A DNA stretch of 64,000 bases from an uncultured Gemmataceae bacterium (GTDB lineage: Bacteria > Planctomycetota > Planctomycetia > Gemmatales > Gemmataceae). The position numbers and the translations under genes are program-made. The DNA lies in NCBI GenBank assembly GCA_963750165.1, contig CAVVPN010000004.1, forward strand, positions 1,024,001-1,088,000, in the 5' to 3' direction. The notes beneath the pieces were generated by a model. That model searched no databases and had not been told where the DNA came from. It saw only the letters and a list, made by a program, of their open reading frames with translations. Positions 29,494 to 42,835 of the stretch are shown here, piece by piece (the first letter of the stretch is position 1; each line of letters opens with the position of its first letter).

Positions 29494-30366
29494 ATGAGTA
29501 CACAGGTTACGCACAGGACGGTGAAGGTCGGCGAACTGGACATCTTCTACCGCGAAGCAGGCCTGAAGGGCGGCCCGGCGATCCTGCTGCTGCACGGCTT
29601 CCCGACCAGCTCGCAGATGTTCCGTAACCTGATCCCGGCCCTGGCCGACGAGTACCGCGTTGTCGCCCCGGACTACCCCGGCTACGGCCACAGCTCGATG
29701 CCGCCTCACGACAAGTTCAGTTACACGTTCGACAACCTCGCCAAGGTGATCGACGCGTTCACCGAGAAGGTCGGGCTGACGAAATACGCCCTCTACGTGC
29801 AGGACTACGGAGCGCCGGTCGGCTACCGCCTGGCGTCCGCGCACCCGGAGCGGGTCACTGCCATTGTGGTGCAGAACGGCAACGCCTACGACGAGGGGTT
29901 GGACAACCCCTTCTGGGAGCCGATCAAGGCGTACTGGCGGGAACCCAAGAGCCGGCAGAGGCGCGACGCGATCCGCAACCTGCTCACCTACGAGGCCACG
30001 CGCTGGCAGTACACCGACGGGGTGCCGAACCCCGAACTGGTCAGCCCCGACGGCGCGGCCCACGACCAGTTCCTGCTCGACCGGCCGGGCAACGACGAGA
30101 TCCAGCTCGACCTGTTCCTCAGCTACGGCAGCAACCCCCCGCTCTACCCGAGTTGGCAGGATTACTTCCGCAAGCACCAGCCGCCGATGCTCATCGCCTG
30201 GGGCAAGAATGACAAAATCTTCCCGGCCGCCGGAGCCGAGCCGTACAAGCGCGACCTGCTGACGCTGGAGTACCACTTACTGGACGCCGGCCACTTCGCC
30301 CTGGAGACCGAGGGCGACACCATCGCCGGGCTGATGCGCGCGTTCCTCGGCAAGCACGTGAAGTAG
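29494..30366 (+). CDS. Alpha/beta hydrolase (epoxide hydrolase/dehalogenase-like)
   Basis: [38 protein letters not shown]. Confidence 0.9.
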   Translation: MSTQVTHRTVKVGELDIFYREAGLKGGPAILLLHGFPTSSQMFRNLIPALADEYRVVAPDYPGYGHSSMPPHDKFSYTFDNLAKVIDAFTEKVGLTKYALYVQDYGAPVGYRLASAHPERVTAIVVQNGNAYDEGLDNPFWEPIKAYWREPKSRQRRDAIRNLLTYEATRWQYTDGVPNPELVSPDGAAHDQFLLDRPGNDEIQLDLFLSYGSNPPLYPSWQDYFRKHQPPMLIAWGKNDKIFPAAGAEPYKRDLLTLEYHLLDAGHFALETEGDTIAGLMRAFLGKHVK

Positions 30367-30382
30367 TAACCGGAGCGCAGCC

Positions 30383-31009
30383 ATGCGAACGTTCCCGAGC
30401 GACGTCGCCTTCACCCCGGCGGTCAAGGCGGTCCAGGAAGTCAAGGGCTCACGGCAGAGCTATGCCCGGATGGAGACGGGGCGCGGCTGGCGGACGACCG
30501 TCACCCCCGACCTGGCCGACTTCCTGGCCGACCTGGACATGTTCTACCTGGGCACCGCCAACGCCGAGGGGCAGCCCTACATCCAGTACCGCGGCGGCCC
30601 GCCTGGCTTCTTGCAGGCCATCGACGAGCGGACGCTGGGCTTCGCCGACTTCGGCGGCAACCAGCAGTACGTCACGCTGGGCAACCTGAGCGAGAACCCG
30701 AAGGCGTTCCTCTTCCTGATGGATTACGCGAACAGCAGGCGGATCAAGGTCTGGGGCACCGCGCGCGTGGTCGAGGGGGACGCGGCCCTGCTGGAGAAAC
30801 TCCGCGACCGAGAATACCCCGGCGAGGCCGAACGGGCGATCCTGTTCGCGATCGAGGCCTGGGACGTGAACTGCCCCCAGCACATCCACCGGCGGTTCTC
30901 GGAGCGGCAGGTCGCCCCCGTGATCGAGGAGTTACAGGCCCGGATCGCCGAACTGGAGGCTGAGGTCGCGCGGTTGCAGCCCAGGAGCGAAAAGCCACAA
31001 GGAGCATGA
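30383..31009 (+). CDS. Pyridoxamine 5'-phosphate oxidase family FMN-binding protein
   Basis: [40 protein letters not shown]. Confidence 0.85.
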   Translation: MRTFPSDVAFTPAVKAVQEVKGSRQSYARMETGRGWRTTVTPDLADFLADLDMFYLGTANAEGQPYIQYRGGPPGFLQAIDERTLGFADFGGNQQYVTLGNLSENPKAFLFLMDYANSRRIKVWGTARVVEGDAALLEKLRDREYPGEAERAILFAIEAWDVNCPQHIHRRFSERQVAPVIEELQARIAELEAEVARLQPRSEKPQGA

Positions 31010-31659
31010 CGATGAACTTCAGCAAGTCCGACACGGTGCTGGTGGTGATCGACCCGCAGAACGATGTCCTGAGCGAGAAGGGCGTCTCGTGGGGGCTGGT
31101 CGGTGCCAGCGTCCGGGAGAACGGCACCGTCGAGAACCTCGCGCGGCTCTTCAAGGCCGCGAAGGACCAGGATTACGGGGTGTTCATCTCGCCCCACTAC
31201 CTCTATCCCCACGACCAGGCGTGGCGGTTCGGCGGGGCCGTCGAGAAGTCGATGCTGGAGGGCAAGGAGTTCTTTCGCCCCGACCCGCTCGGTGTCGAGG
31301 GCTTCGCAGGCTCCGGGGCCGACTGGCTCGACCGCTACAAGCCCTTCATCGAGGACGGCAAAACGGTGGTGGTCGGCCCGCACAAGGTATGGGGCCCGCA
31401 GACCAACGACCTGGTCCTGCAACTGCGGAAGCGCCGTATCGACAAGGTGATCCTGGCCGGGATGCTGGCGAACCTCTGCGTGGAGAGTCACCTGCGCGAA
31501 CTGCTGGAGCAGGGTTTCGAGATCGCCGTGGTGAAGGACGCGACGGCCGGGCCCCGTCACCCCGAGATCGGCGACGGCTACAAGGCGGCCCTCATCAACT
31601 ACGGCTTCCTGGCCAACGCGGTCCTGACGACCGACGAGGCCGTGAAGGCCATGCGGTAA
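31006..31659 (+). CDS. Isochorismatase-family cysteine hydrolase
   Basis: [25 protein letters not shown]. Confidence 0.88.
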   Translation: MTMNFSKSDTVLVVIDPQNDVLSEKGVSWGLVGASVRENGTVENLARLFKAAKDQDYGVFISPHYLYPHDQAWRFGGAVEKSMLEGKEFFRPDPLGVEGFAGSGADWLDRYKPFIEDGKTVVVGPHKVWGPQTNDLVLQLRKRRIDKVILAGMLANLCVESHLRELLEQGFEIAVVKDATAGPRHPEIGDGYKAALINYGFLANAVLTTDEAVKAMR

Positions 31660-31676
31660 ACAAAGGAGTCGCAACG

Positions 31677-32498
31677 ATGGGTACGATCACGACGAAAGAC
31701 GGCACGCACATCTATTACAAGGACTGGGGCAAGGGTCAGCCCGTCGTCTTCAGCCACGGCTGGCCGCTGAGCGCCGACGCCTGGGAGGACCAGATGGTCT
31801 TCCTGGGCGAACGCGGCTACCGCTGCGTCGCGCACGACCGCCGCGGGCACGGCCGCTCCGACCAGCCCTGGACCGGCAACGAGATGGACACCTACGCCGA
31901 CGACCTCGCGGCGCTGGTCGAGACCCTCGACCTCAAGGACGCGGTCCACGTCGGCCACTCCACCGGCGGCGGCGAGGTCGCCCGCTACGTCGGGCGACAC
32001 GGCACGAAGCGGGTGGCGAAGGCCGTGCTCATCGGCGCGGTCCCCCCGCTGATGCTGAAAACCGCAGCCAACCCCGCCGGCCTACCGATGGAAGCCTTCG
32101 ACCAGATCCGCGCCGGCGTCCTGGCCGACCGCGCGCAGTTCTTCAAGGACCTCAGCGCGCCGTTCTACGGCGCCAACCGGCCGGGCGCCCAGGTCTCGCA
32201 GGGCCTGCGCGACTCGTTCTGGCTGCAGGGGATGCTGGCCGGTTTCAAGGGCGTGATCGACTGCATCAAGGCCTTCTCCGAGACGGACTTCACCGAGAAC
32301 CTGAAGAAGTTCGACGTGCCGACGCTGATCCTGCACGGCGACGACGACCAGATCGTGCCCATCGCCGCGTCGGCGCTGCTCTCCTCGAAGCTCGTCAAGG
32401 GCGCCACGCTGAAAATCTATCCGGGCGCTCCGCACGGCCTGTGCTCGACCCACAAGGACCAGGTCAACGCAGACCTGCTCGCGTTCCTCAAGGCGTAG
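31677..32498 (+). CDS. cpo: Non-heme chloroperoxidase / perhydrolase (alpha/beta hydrolase)
   Basis: [45 protein letters not shown]. Confidence 0.88.
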   Translation: MGTITTKDGTHIYYKDWGKGQPVVFSHGWPLSADAWEDQMVFLGERGYRCVAHDRRGHGRSDQPWTGNEMDTYADDLAALVETLDLKDAVHVGHSTGGGEVARYVGRHGTKRVAKAVLIGAVPPLMLKTAANPAGLPMEAFDQIRAGVLADRAQFFKDLSAPFYGANRPGAQVSQGLRDSFWLQGMLAGFKGVIDCIKAFSETDFTENLKKFDVPTLILHGDDDQIVPIAASALLSSKLVKGATLKIYPGAPHGLCSTHKDQVNADLLAFLKA

Positions 32499-32526
32499 CC
32501 CCAGGCGAAAGGGAGGTTCTCCTGCA

Positions 32527-33271
32527 ATGCAACAGCTCAAAGGCAAGACGGCGCTGGTGACCGGCGGCTCGCGCGGCATCGGGGCGGCCATCGCCCGCGC
32601 TCGCCGCCCAGGGGGCCGATGTCGGCATCAGCTACGTGGCGTCCGCCGACAAGGCGAACGCTCTCGTTGCCGAACTTCAGACCGGGGGCATCCGCGCCGC
32701 TGCGTTCAAAGCAGACCAGGCAGACACCGCCCAGGTGGAGGGGCTCGTCAAGGCGGTCACGGACCATTTTGGCCGCCTCGACATCCTGGTCAACAACGCC
32801 GGCGTCTTCGTCGGTGCCGCCGTGGGCGATGCCGGCGCCGACCTGGCCGCGCTGGATCGTCAGTACGCCGTTAACCTGTTCTCCGTGGTGACGGCCATTC
32901 GGGCCGCCGCGAAGGTGATGGGCGAGAGCGGCCGCATCATTACCATCGGCTCGGGCATTGCGACCCGCGCTTCTTTCCTGGGCACCGCCGACTATGCCGC
33001 CACCAAGGCGGCGGTCGTCGGCTATACGAAGGGGGCGGCGCGCGACCTGGCGGCGCGCAAGATCACCGTGAATGTCCTGCAACCCGGCTCGATCGAGAGC
33101 GACATGAACCCGGCCAGCGGCGCCTTCGCGGAGGCCCAGAAGGCACTGATCGCGTTGGGTCGCTACGGCCGTCCCGAGGAGATCGCCGCCGGGGTGGTGT
33201 TTCTGGCCAGTCCGGAAGCGTCCTACGTCACCGGGACCGTGTTGAACGTGGACGGGGGCTTCGGCGCCTAG
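32527..33271 (+). CDS. SDR family oxidoreductase (frameshift ~32600)
   Basis: TGGSRGIG, LVNNAG, YAATKAA, QPGSI, VDGG. Confidence 0.88.
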
Positions 33272-33536
33272 ACGGCACGCGTGACTGCCATTCGTCTTGC
33301 GGTTGCATTGGCGACGCTGCCCTCTCGGTGCCTAACGAACCGGAGGAACATGCGCCAGGGATCTGCCGGCATCACGCGCGCCGAGGCGCTGTGCGGGTCG
33401 GTCTGATCGTCCGAAGTAACCAGGGTGATTTGCGCAATCTTCTCCGGTCCGACACCCCGCCACAGATCTGACGGATACCACCGGCGGGGCGGGCACGACC
33501 ATACGGTGTCCCAAACGGCCCACCATTACTACTACA

Positions 33537-34531
33537 CTACGGCTGCGCCACCGGCGGCGTCTGGTACACCCGAATCTCCGGCGCGTCCATGCCTTGCAGG
33601 CGCGGTACCGCCAGGTAGAGCCGGCCGGTGGTGCTGCTGAATGCGGACGTCTTGCGCGCTGCGGCGTCTCGATCTTGGCGACGACTACATACTTCTCACC
33701 CTTCTTCTCGATCACGACCATGGCGCCGTCACCGCAGGAGGCGTAAAGCCGGCCCCGTTCGGCATCCAGGTGGATGTCATCGATATTGCCGGGGATCTCC
33801 ACGGACGTCAGCTCCTTGCCGGACTTGGCGTCCATGACCACGACCCTCGGCGGTTTGCGGCAGCCGACGAACAGCAGGCCGTCCTTCGCGTCGTAGGCCA
33901 GCGGGCTGGCACCGTCCGCGAGCTTCAGCGGATACGTGGCGATCAGCTGGTGCTTGGCGAGGTCGATGACGGCAACCTGGCTGGGCTTCAGGTTGACGAA
34001 CAGCTTGCCCGCCTGCTGGTCAATGCGGAACCCCTTGGTGGCGCCTGGCAGCTCGACAGTCGCTTTCACTTCGCCCGTCTTCCCATCGAAGGCCGAAATG
34101 GTATTGCCGTGGGCGACGTACACCGCCCGGGTGCCGGAGTGGTAGGCGACGTTGTCGGCCTTGGGCGCCTTCGCCGAGAAAACGGCCTTGTAGTCCTTGC
34201 CGTCAATGCCGTTGCAAACGCCTGCGCCGTTGCCGACGTAGATCATGTCGAGGTCGGGGGCGTAGGCAACCCCGGACACCTTCACCTGGCCGGGGATCTG
34301 CCGGACCAGCTTGCCGCTTTTGAGGTCGACGATGTCGAGGGAATTATTCACCGTGTTGGCGACAAACAGGCGCTGGCCCCCGGCATCGACGGCGAGGTGG
34401 TCGAGCCCGCCGACCGGCCCCTGGAGCGGGACGGTTTGCACGAGTTTGAGCGGGGGGTCGCCCGCCGACGCACGGCCGACAACCAGCAGCAGGGTCGCTA
34501 CCAGGGCGGCGCAGTGGCTGAGACGGTTCAT
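33537..34531 (-). CDS. Exported YVTN/YncE-type beta-propeller protein (frameshift ~33655)
   Basis: Signal peptide, LDHLAVD...RLFVAN...LFVGCRKP...DDIHLD; C-terminus RLYLAVP...EIRVY in shifted frame. Confidence 0.8.
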
Positions 34532-35087
34532 CGGTGTCCTTTCGGGTAGTGAATGGCGGCGAAAGCCCGTCACAACATATGGAAGGGAGGATAGCAAGTC
34601 AGGGCGGCGGGCATGGCGAAGATTTGAAGAAGAATCGGCCGCGCTGGGGAGGCTGTTTTATCGGCTTGCAAAGCCACGGGCCGGCCGTTAACCATGTGCG
34701 CACGGCAGGGCACCCACGACGAGACCAATTTCGGGACTGCAGGGGCCGGCTCGGTACACACGCTATCGACGCTTCGCCCTGTGGTCAGCCCATCCGGACG
34801 CAAGACGCGCTTCCGGCGGTTGGCCTGACGCTACCGGGTGGGCTCAAAGACCCACTGGGTTCCTCCGAAAGGTTTCGAATTGGTTCCTACATCTCTCCCC
34901 TTTCCCAGACTGTGCCCGGCGCCAACGCGCGGCGGATCGACCCGCCGACGCTGGTTGCGCTGGCCGATGTGACCTCCGCACCCTGGCGACCTCGGCTTAC
35001 GCGCGGAGGTCGAGAGGACCGGAGCACGCCACGTTTCGGCCCTTTCCACGAGAGCCAAGGTGCTTTCCGCGCGGTAGACTGACCGCC

Positions 35088-35627
35088 ATGAGCGACCCAC
35101 AGGCTGCCGACGAGCTCCTGCCGCTAAACTACGACGAGTTGCGCCGCCTCGCCGCCGCGCGGCTTGCCCACGAGGCCCCCGGCCAGACCCTCGACGCCAC
35201 CGCCCTGGTCCACGAAGCCTACCTGCGGCTCGTGGGGCCCGGCGACGCCGACCGCTGGGATAACCGCGTTCATTTCTTTGCCGCGGCCGCCACCGCCATG
35301 CGGCGCATCCTCATCGAGCGCGCCCGCCGCAGGCAGTCCGAGAAGCACGGCGGCGGCCGATACCGGCAGGAGCTAGGCCCGGACCTCGCCGCCGCCCCGG
35401 AGCCGGACACGGACCTGCTTGCGCTAGACGCGGCGCTGGCCAAACTCGCCGAGCGCGACCCGCTCAAGGCCCGGCTGGTCGAGCTGCGCTACTTCGCCGG
35501 GTTAACCGGCGACCAGGCGGCCGAAATCCTGGGCATCTCGCCGAGCACCGCCGACCGCCACTGGGTCTTTGCGCGTGCCTGGCTGCGGCGCGAGATCGTG
35601 GGCGGCACGGCGGCGGAAGAAAAATAG
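35088..35627 (+). CDS. ECF sigma factor (planctomycete TIGR02999-like)
   Basis: YDELRRLAA, TLDATALVHEAYLRL, MRRIL, VELRYFAGLT...W..ARAWL. Confidence 0.9.
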   Translation: MSDPQAADELLPLNYDELRRLAAARLAHEAPGQTLDATALVHEAYLRLVGPGDADRWDNRVHFFAAAATAMRRILIERARRRQSEKHGGGRYRQELGPDLAAAPEPDTDLLALDAALAKLAERDPLKARLVELRYFAGLTGDQAAEILGISPSTADRHWVFARAWLRREIVGGTAAEEK

Positions 35628-35703
35628 CAAAATAATTGGTGCCGCCGCGGCGGTCCCGTCGCATGATAGGGGGACCATCATTTCCCCTTGCCGCGGGGTC
35701 GCC

Positions 35704-39701
<3,998 letters not shown>

Positions 39702-39705
<4 letters not shown>

Positions 39706-39905
39706 GCGAAGAGACGCTGTTCCAGGAAGCGTTGTCTCGATCCCCTGAAGAGCGTGCCGCCTTCCTGGCGTACGCCTGCGCCGGCCGGCCCGCACTGCTG
39801 GCCGCCGTCGAGGCGCTACTCGCCGCCCACGAGAAGTCCGGCAACATTCTGGATCAGCCGCCGGCCGACCCGGGCCAGGCCGTTGATTCCGACCCGGACC
39901 CGGCC
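39702..39905 (+). pseudogene. Truncated N-terminus of a second, paralogous kinase
   Basis: MSEETLFQEALSRSPEERAAFL...ILDQPP nearly matches 35704 N-terminus; ATGA overlap with kinase stop. Confidence 0.8.
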
Positions 39906-40008
39906 CCGTGGCGGTGTTCGGCCAGCGGCCGGTGCGGTCGTGCTGCGCGTCGGCCCAGGCTTGGATTTCCGGGACGGTCAGGGGGACGTTCTGCGGCACG
40001 TCTGACAC
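39905..40008 (-). pseudogene. Fragment of planctomycete repeat protein (LTVxxIxAWADAxHxRTGRWP)
   Basis: MSDVPQNVPLTVPEIQAWADAQHDRTGRWP, truncated where it meets the kinase stub. Confidence 0.5.
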
Positions 40009-40023
40009 CCTTTGTGGCTCGCA

Positions 40024-40479
40024 TCACCCCCCGTTAATCACTGGCAACGGTTCGGTGTCGCGGCGGAGGGTGTAGACGGTCCCGGGGTGCTTCTGGCGAG
40101 ACAAGTCGAAGGTCGCTTCGGGGTCCGCCGGCGCGTCCCAAAAACAGATGACCAGGGTGTCCGCGTCGAAGCGGTAGATGCCTTTCCGCCACGTTCCGGT
40201 GAGCGGCGAGTACAGGTCGATCCGCGGCGGGTTGGCGGCCGGATCAATCTTCACGGCCGCCTTGCTGGAGGAGCCCTTGGCGTCGTAATAGTTGAACTGG
40301 CCCTGGTCGATCTCCAGGTTGAACAGCCCCCGGTGCGTGTGCCGGACCCCGTCGCGCGTCTCGATCCGCACGCACGCCCACTTGCCCTGCAAGTGAGCCG
40401 TTTTGTTTCGTTCCTGAGTCCCGGCGCCGCCGGGCAGCAACAGCGTGGCGACGGCCGCCAGAGTAAAAGCCGACCGCAT
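40024..40479 (-). CDS. TIGR03067-type planctomycete exported domain protein
   Basis: Signal peptide, LQGKW, KIDPAANPPRIDL, GIYRFDADTLVIC. Confidence 0.8.
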   Translation of the reverse strand: MRSAFTLAAVATLLLPGGAGTQERNKTAHLQGKWACVRIETRDGVRHTHRGLFNLEIDQGQFNYYDAKGSSSKAAVKIDPAANPPRIDLYSPLTGTWRKGIYRFDADTLVICFWDAPADPEATFDLSRQKHPGTVYTLRRDTEPLPVINGG

Positions 40480-40573
40480 GGAATCCTTGCCTTTCGTGCT
40501 GAGGGGTGACGAACCGACCCGGATTGTAACGGACCTCGCCGCGGGTCGGAAGGGGAACAGGCGCTCTTCGGCT

Positions 40574-40777
40574 TCAAGCACGCCGCACTGGACTGTGGGC
40601 GGTCGCGCGTACCCAGGCCAGCCGCCACGCCTGCGCCTGTGACGGCGCCGTGACCAGGATGCGGACGTCGGGGCGGTGCGCCTCGACGGTCCAACTGCTG
40701 GAGCCGACGTGCTCGCCCAGCGACCAGCCGGCGCGGTGCAGGTGGTCGCGGCAGTAGTCCACGGTGGTGACAAACAC
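40574..40777 (-). CDS. Small hypothetical protein
   Basis: RDHLHRAGWSLGE...SQAQAW; GAGGA RBS; co-oriented with neighbours. Confidence 0.55.
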   Translation of the reverse strand: MFVTTVDYCRDHLHRAGWSLGEHVGSSSWTVEAHRPDVRILVTAPSQAQAWRLAWVRATAHSPVRRA

Positions 40778-40789
40778 GGAACCTGATCC

Positions 40790-41305
40790 TCACTCCGTAC
40801 CGGCGTGGATGATCTCCAGGCTGGGCAGGCCCGTGGCGGTATCGCGGCCGAGCGTCAGCCGGCCGTGCCGCTCCTGGAACGCCACCAACTCATCGAGGCC
40901 GCCGATCTCGATCACCCAACGGTAGCCGTCCCCGACGCGCTCCCACCGCGCCCCCGCACAGGGCGGGCGGTCGGCGTGGTGCCCGCCCTGCCCGGAGCGG
41001 TAGACGAGGAACCGCGTCGCCGTGCCCCCGCCTGGGCGCTCCGGCGCCAGCCGCCAGTCGTAAGCCCGCAGCCCGCCGCTGGTCTTGCCCCGCTGCAGGG
41101 CGCCGGCGACCTCGCGGGCCTCGTCCTCGTTGACGGCGCCGGGCGGCTCACAGCCGAAGGCGAAGGGAGTGGGGCTGCCGTCGTCGTCCAGCAGTCGGGT
41201 GAAGCCGGCCCCGCCCGGCGCGGCGACGACGCTGCGCAAGAGCACGCGGCCGACGGGGGCCGCCCCCTCCCCGGCGCCGGCCGGCAACAACAGGACGTGG
41301 ACCAT
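40790..41305 (-). CDS. Hypothetical protein
   Basis: ATG preceded by GGAGGGG. Confidence 0.55.
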   Translation of the reverse strand: MVHVLLLPAGAGEGAAPVGRVLLRSVVAAPGGAGFTRLLDDDGSPTPFAFGCEPPGAVNEDEAREVAGALQRGKTSGGLRAYDWRLAPERPGGGTATRFLVYRSGQGGHHADRPPCAGARWERVGDGYRWVIEIGGLDELVAFQERHGRLTLGRDTATGLPSLEIIHAGTE

Positions 41306-41317
41306 TGACCCCTCCGT

Positions 41318-41500
41318 TTATTCCCGGGCAGTTGCCGGCGGCAGCACCACCACGTCCGGCCCCACCACCTGCTTACACCGGCAGTGCAACTCACAGAGGA
41401 TGCACTTGACGCAGTAGTCGGCGGCGCAGGGGCAGCTGCCGAGGGGCTGCCCCTCCTCGGGGTCGGCGAGTCGCACTTCGCAGCACCATCAGCGGATCAT
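41318..41500 (-). pseudogene. Small Cys-rich ORF with in-frame TGA at codon 4
   Basis: MIR*WCCEVRLADPEEGQPLGSCPCAADYCVKCILCELHCRCK...ARE-TAA, immediately before next gene's RBS. Confidence 0.4.
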
Positions 41501-41687
41501 TGAACCAAGCCCATGAGAACCAACGGGCCAGGGAGGGCCAGGACAATGCCGCAATAGACAAGGCGGGCCAGCCCTTCCCCATGCCGCGTCGCCCAGTCAC
41601 GGCAGGAGTCCCGAGCCGGCCCAGGAAGAGTAGAACGCGCCAGCGGGGCCACGTCAAGCGCGTCGATCGTGGGCGAGACGCCGCATC

Positions 41688-41985
41688 TCACCTATCGGCC
41701 AGCAGGGCGACCACGGCGAATAGGAACGCCCCCGCCTTGCCGTGGCCGCCCGGGGCGCCGCTCGCGCGCGGCCCGGTGACATTCAGCGTGGAGATGCCGC
41801 CGCCCCCGATCCATTCGGCTGCGGCGCCGGCGTCGGCCTCCCCGCGGAGGTCCACGACCAGGTGCGGCTTGCCCAACCGACGGCACACCTCGACAATCAG
41901 CTTGGTGCCCCCGGTCGGCGCGCCGGCACTGAGAACCAGCGTGGCGTCGCTGACGCGCACATCCCACTTCGCGTCAGGCAGAGAG
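41688..41985 (-). pseudogene. 5'-truncated putative molybdenum carrier (SLOG-type) protein
   Basis: WDVRVSDATLVL...TGGTKL...GKPHLVVDL...TLNVTGPRAS. Confidence 0.65.
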
Positions 41986-42175
41986 TACAACCCGGCTTTC
42001 CGTGGCTGCGCTGGCCGATGTGTCCTCCGCGCTTTACACCTTGACGCGAACCTACGCAGGTGTGTGCGACCGACGCGAAATGGTGTTCGCCCACCTGCCA
42101 CCACGGAGCCTGTCTGGCGGAACCGCCCCGGCAGTACCCCCGGCGTGTGGGCCGCGTCTTGGGCCAGAGCGGCGA

Positions 42176-42835
42176 TCACCGGCCGGACGCGGTCGGGTCG
42201 ATGCCGGGCAAGGCGGACAGGATCTCCTTGAGGCGCTTCAGCGCCCGGATGTAACGGTTGCTCGCCGCCGTCTTCGTCAGGCCGAGCACGGCCGCCACCT
42301 CACTGTTGCCCAGTTCCTCGAAGTGCCGCAGGGCCAGCACCTCCCGGTCCAGCGGGTCCATGCCGTTGAGCGCCTCCTGCAGCCGCAACTGCCGCTCGGC
42401 CCGGATGGCGGCCTGGCTCGGGCTGGTGAGTCGGCCCAGGAGCAGGTTGGCCAGCGAATGCGTGCTGGCGGCCGGCGGCCCGCCGCGGCACAGCGACACC
42501 TCCTGGGCGGCGTCGCGCATCTGCGTGCCGAGGTGGTGGCGGTGCAGGATCAGCAGCCGTTCGGCGGTGATGAGCCGCAGCCACAGGTACGCCGGCAGGT
42601 CCGGCTTGTCCGCGAACGTGGCGGCCTTCTTCTGCACGTCGAGGAACGCCTCCTGCAGCACGTCGGAGGCGTCGAGCCGGCCCTGCAACCGGCGGTCGAG
42701 GCGCAGCCGCACCATCCGCTTGAGGCGGTCCCGGCAGATGACGAACAGCTCCCCCGCCGCGGCCACGTCGCCGGCGCGGAGGCGGTTCAGCAGAGTATCG
42801 AGGTCAGCAGCATCCGCCATGTCTGTCCCTGTCAT
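42176..42835 (-). CDS. ECF sigma factor (planctomycete TIGR02984-like)
   Basis: RLKRMVRLRLDRRLQGRLDASDVLQE, HRHHLGTQMRDA, TSPSQAA, LRHFEEL...RYIRALKRL; ATGA overlap with upstream kinase. Confidence 0.9.
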   Translation of the reverse strand: MTGTDMADAADLDTLLNRLRAGDVAAAGELFVICRDRLKRMVRLRLDRRLQGRLDASDVLQEAFLDVQKKAATFADKPDLPAYLWLRLITAERLLILHRHHLGTQMRDAAQEVSLCRGGPPAASTHSLANLLLGRLTSPSQAAIRAERQLRLQEALNGMDPLDREVLALRHFEELGNSEVAAVLGLTKTAASNRYIRALKRLKEILSALPGIDPTASGR

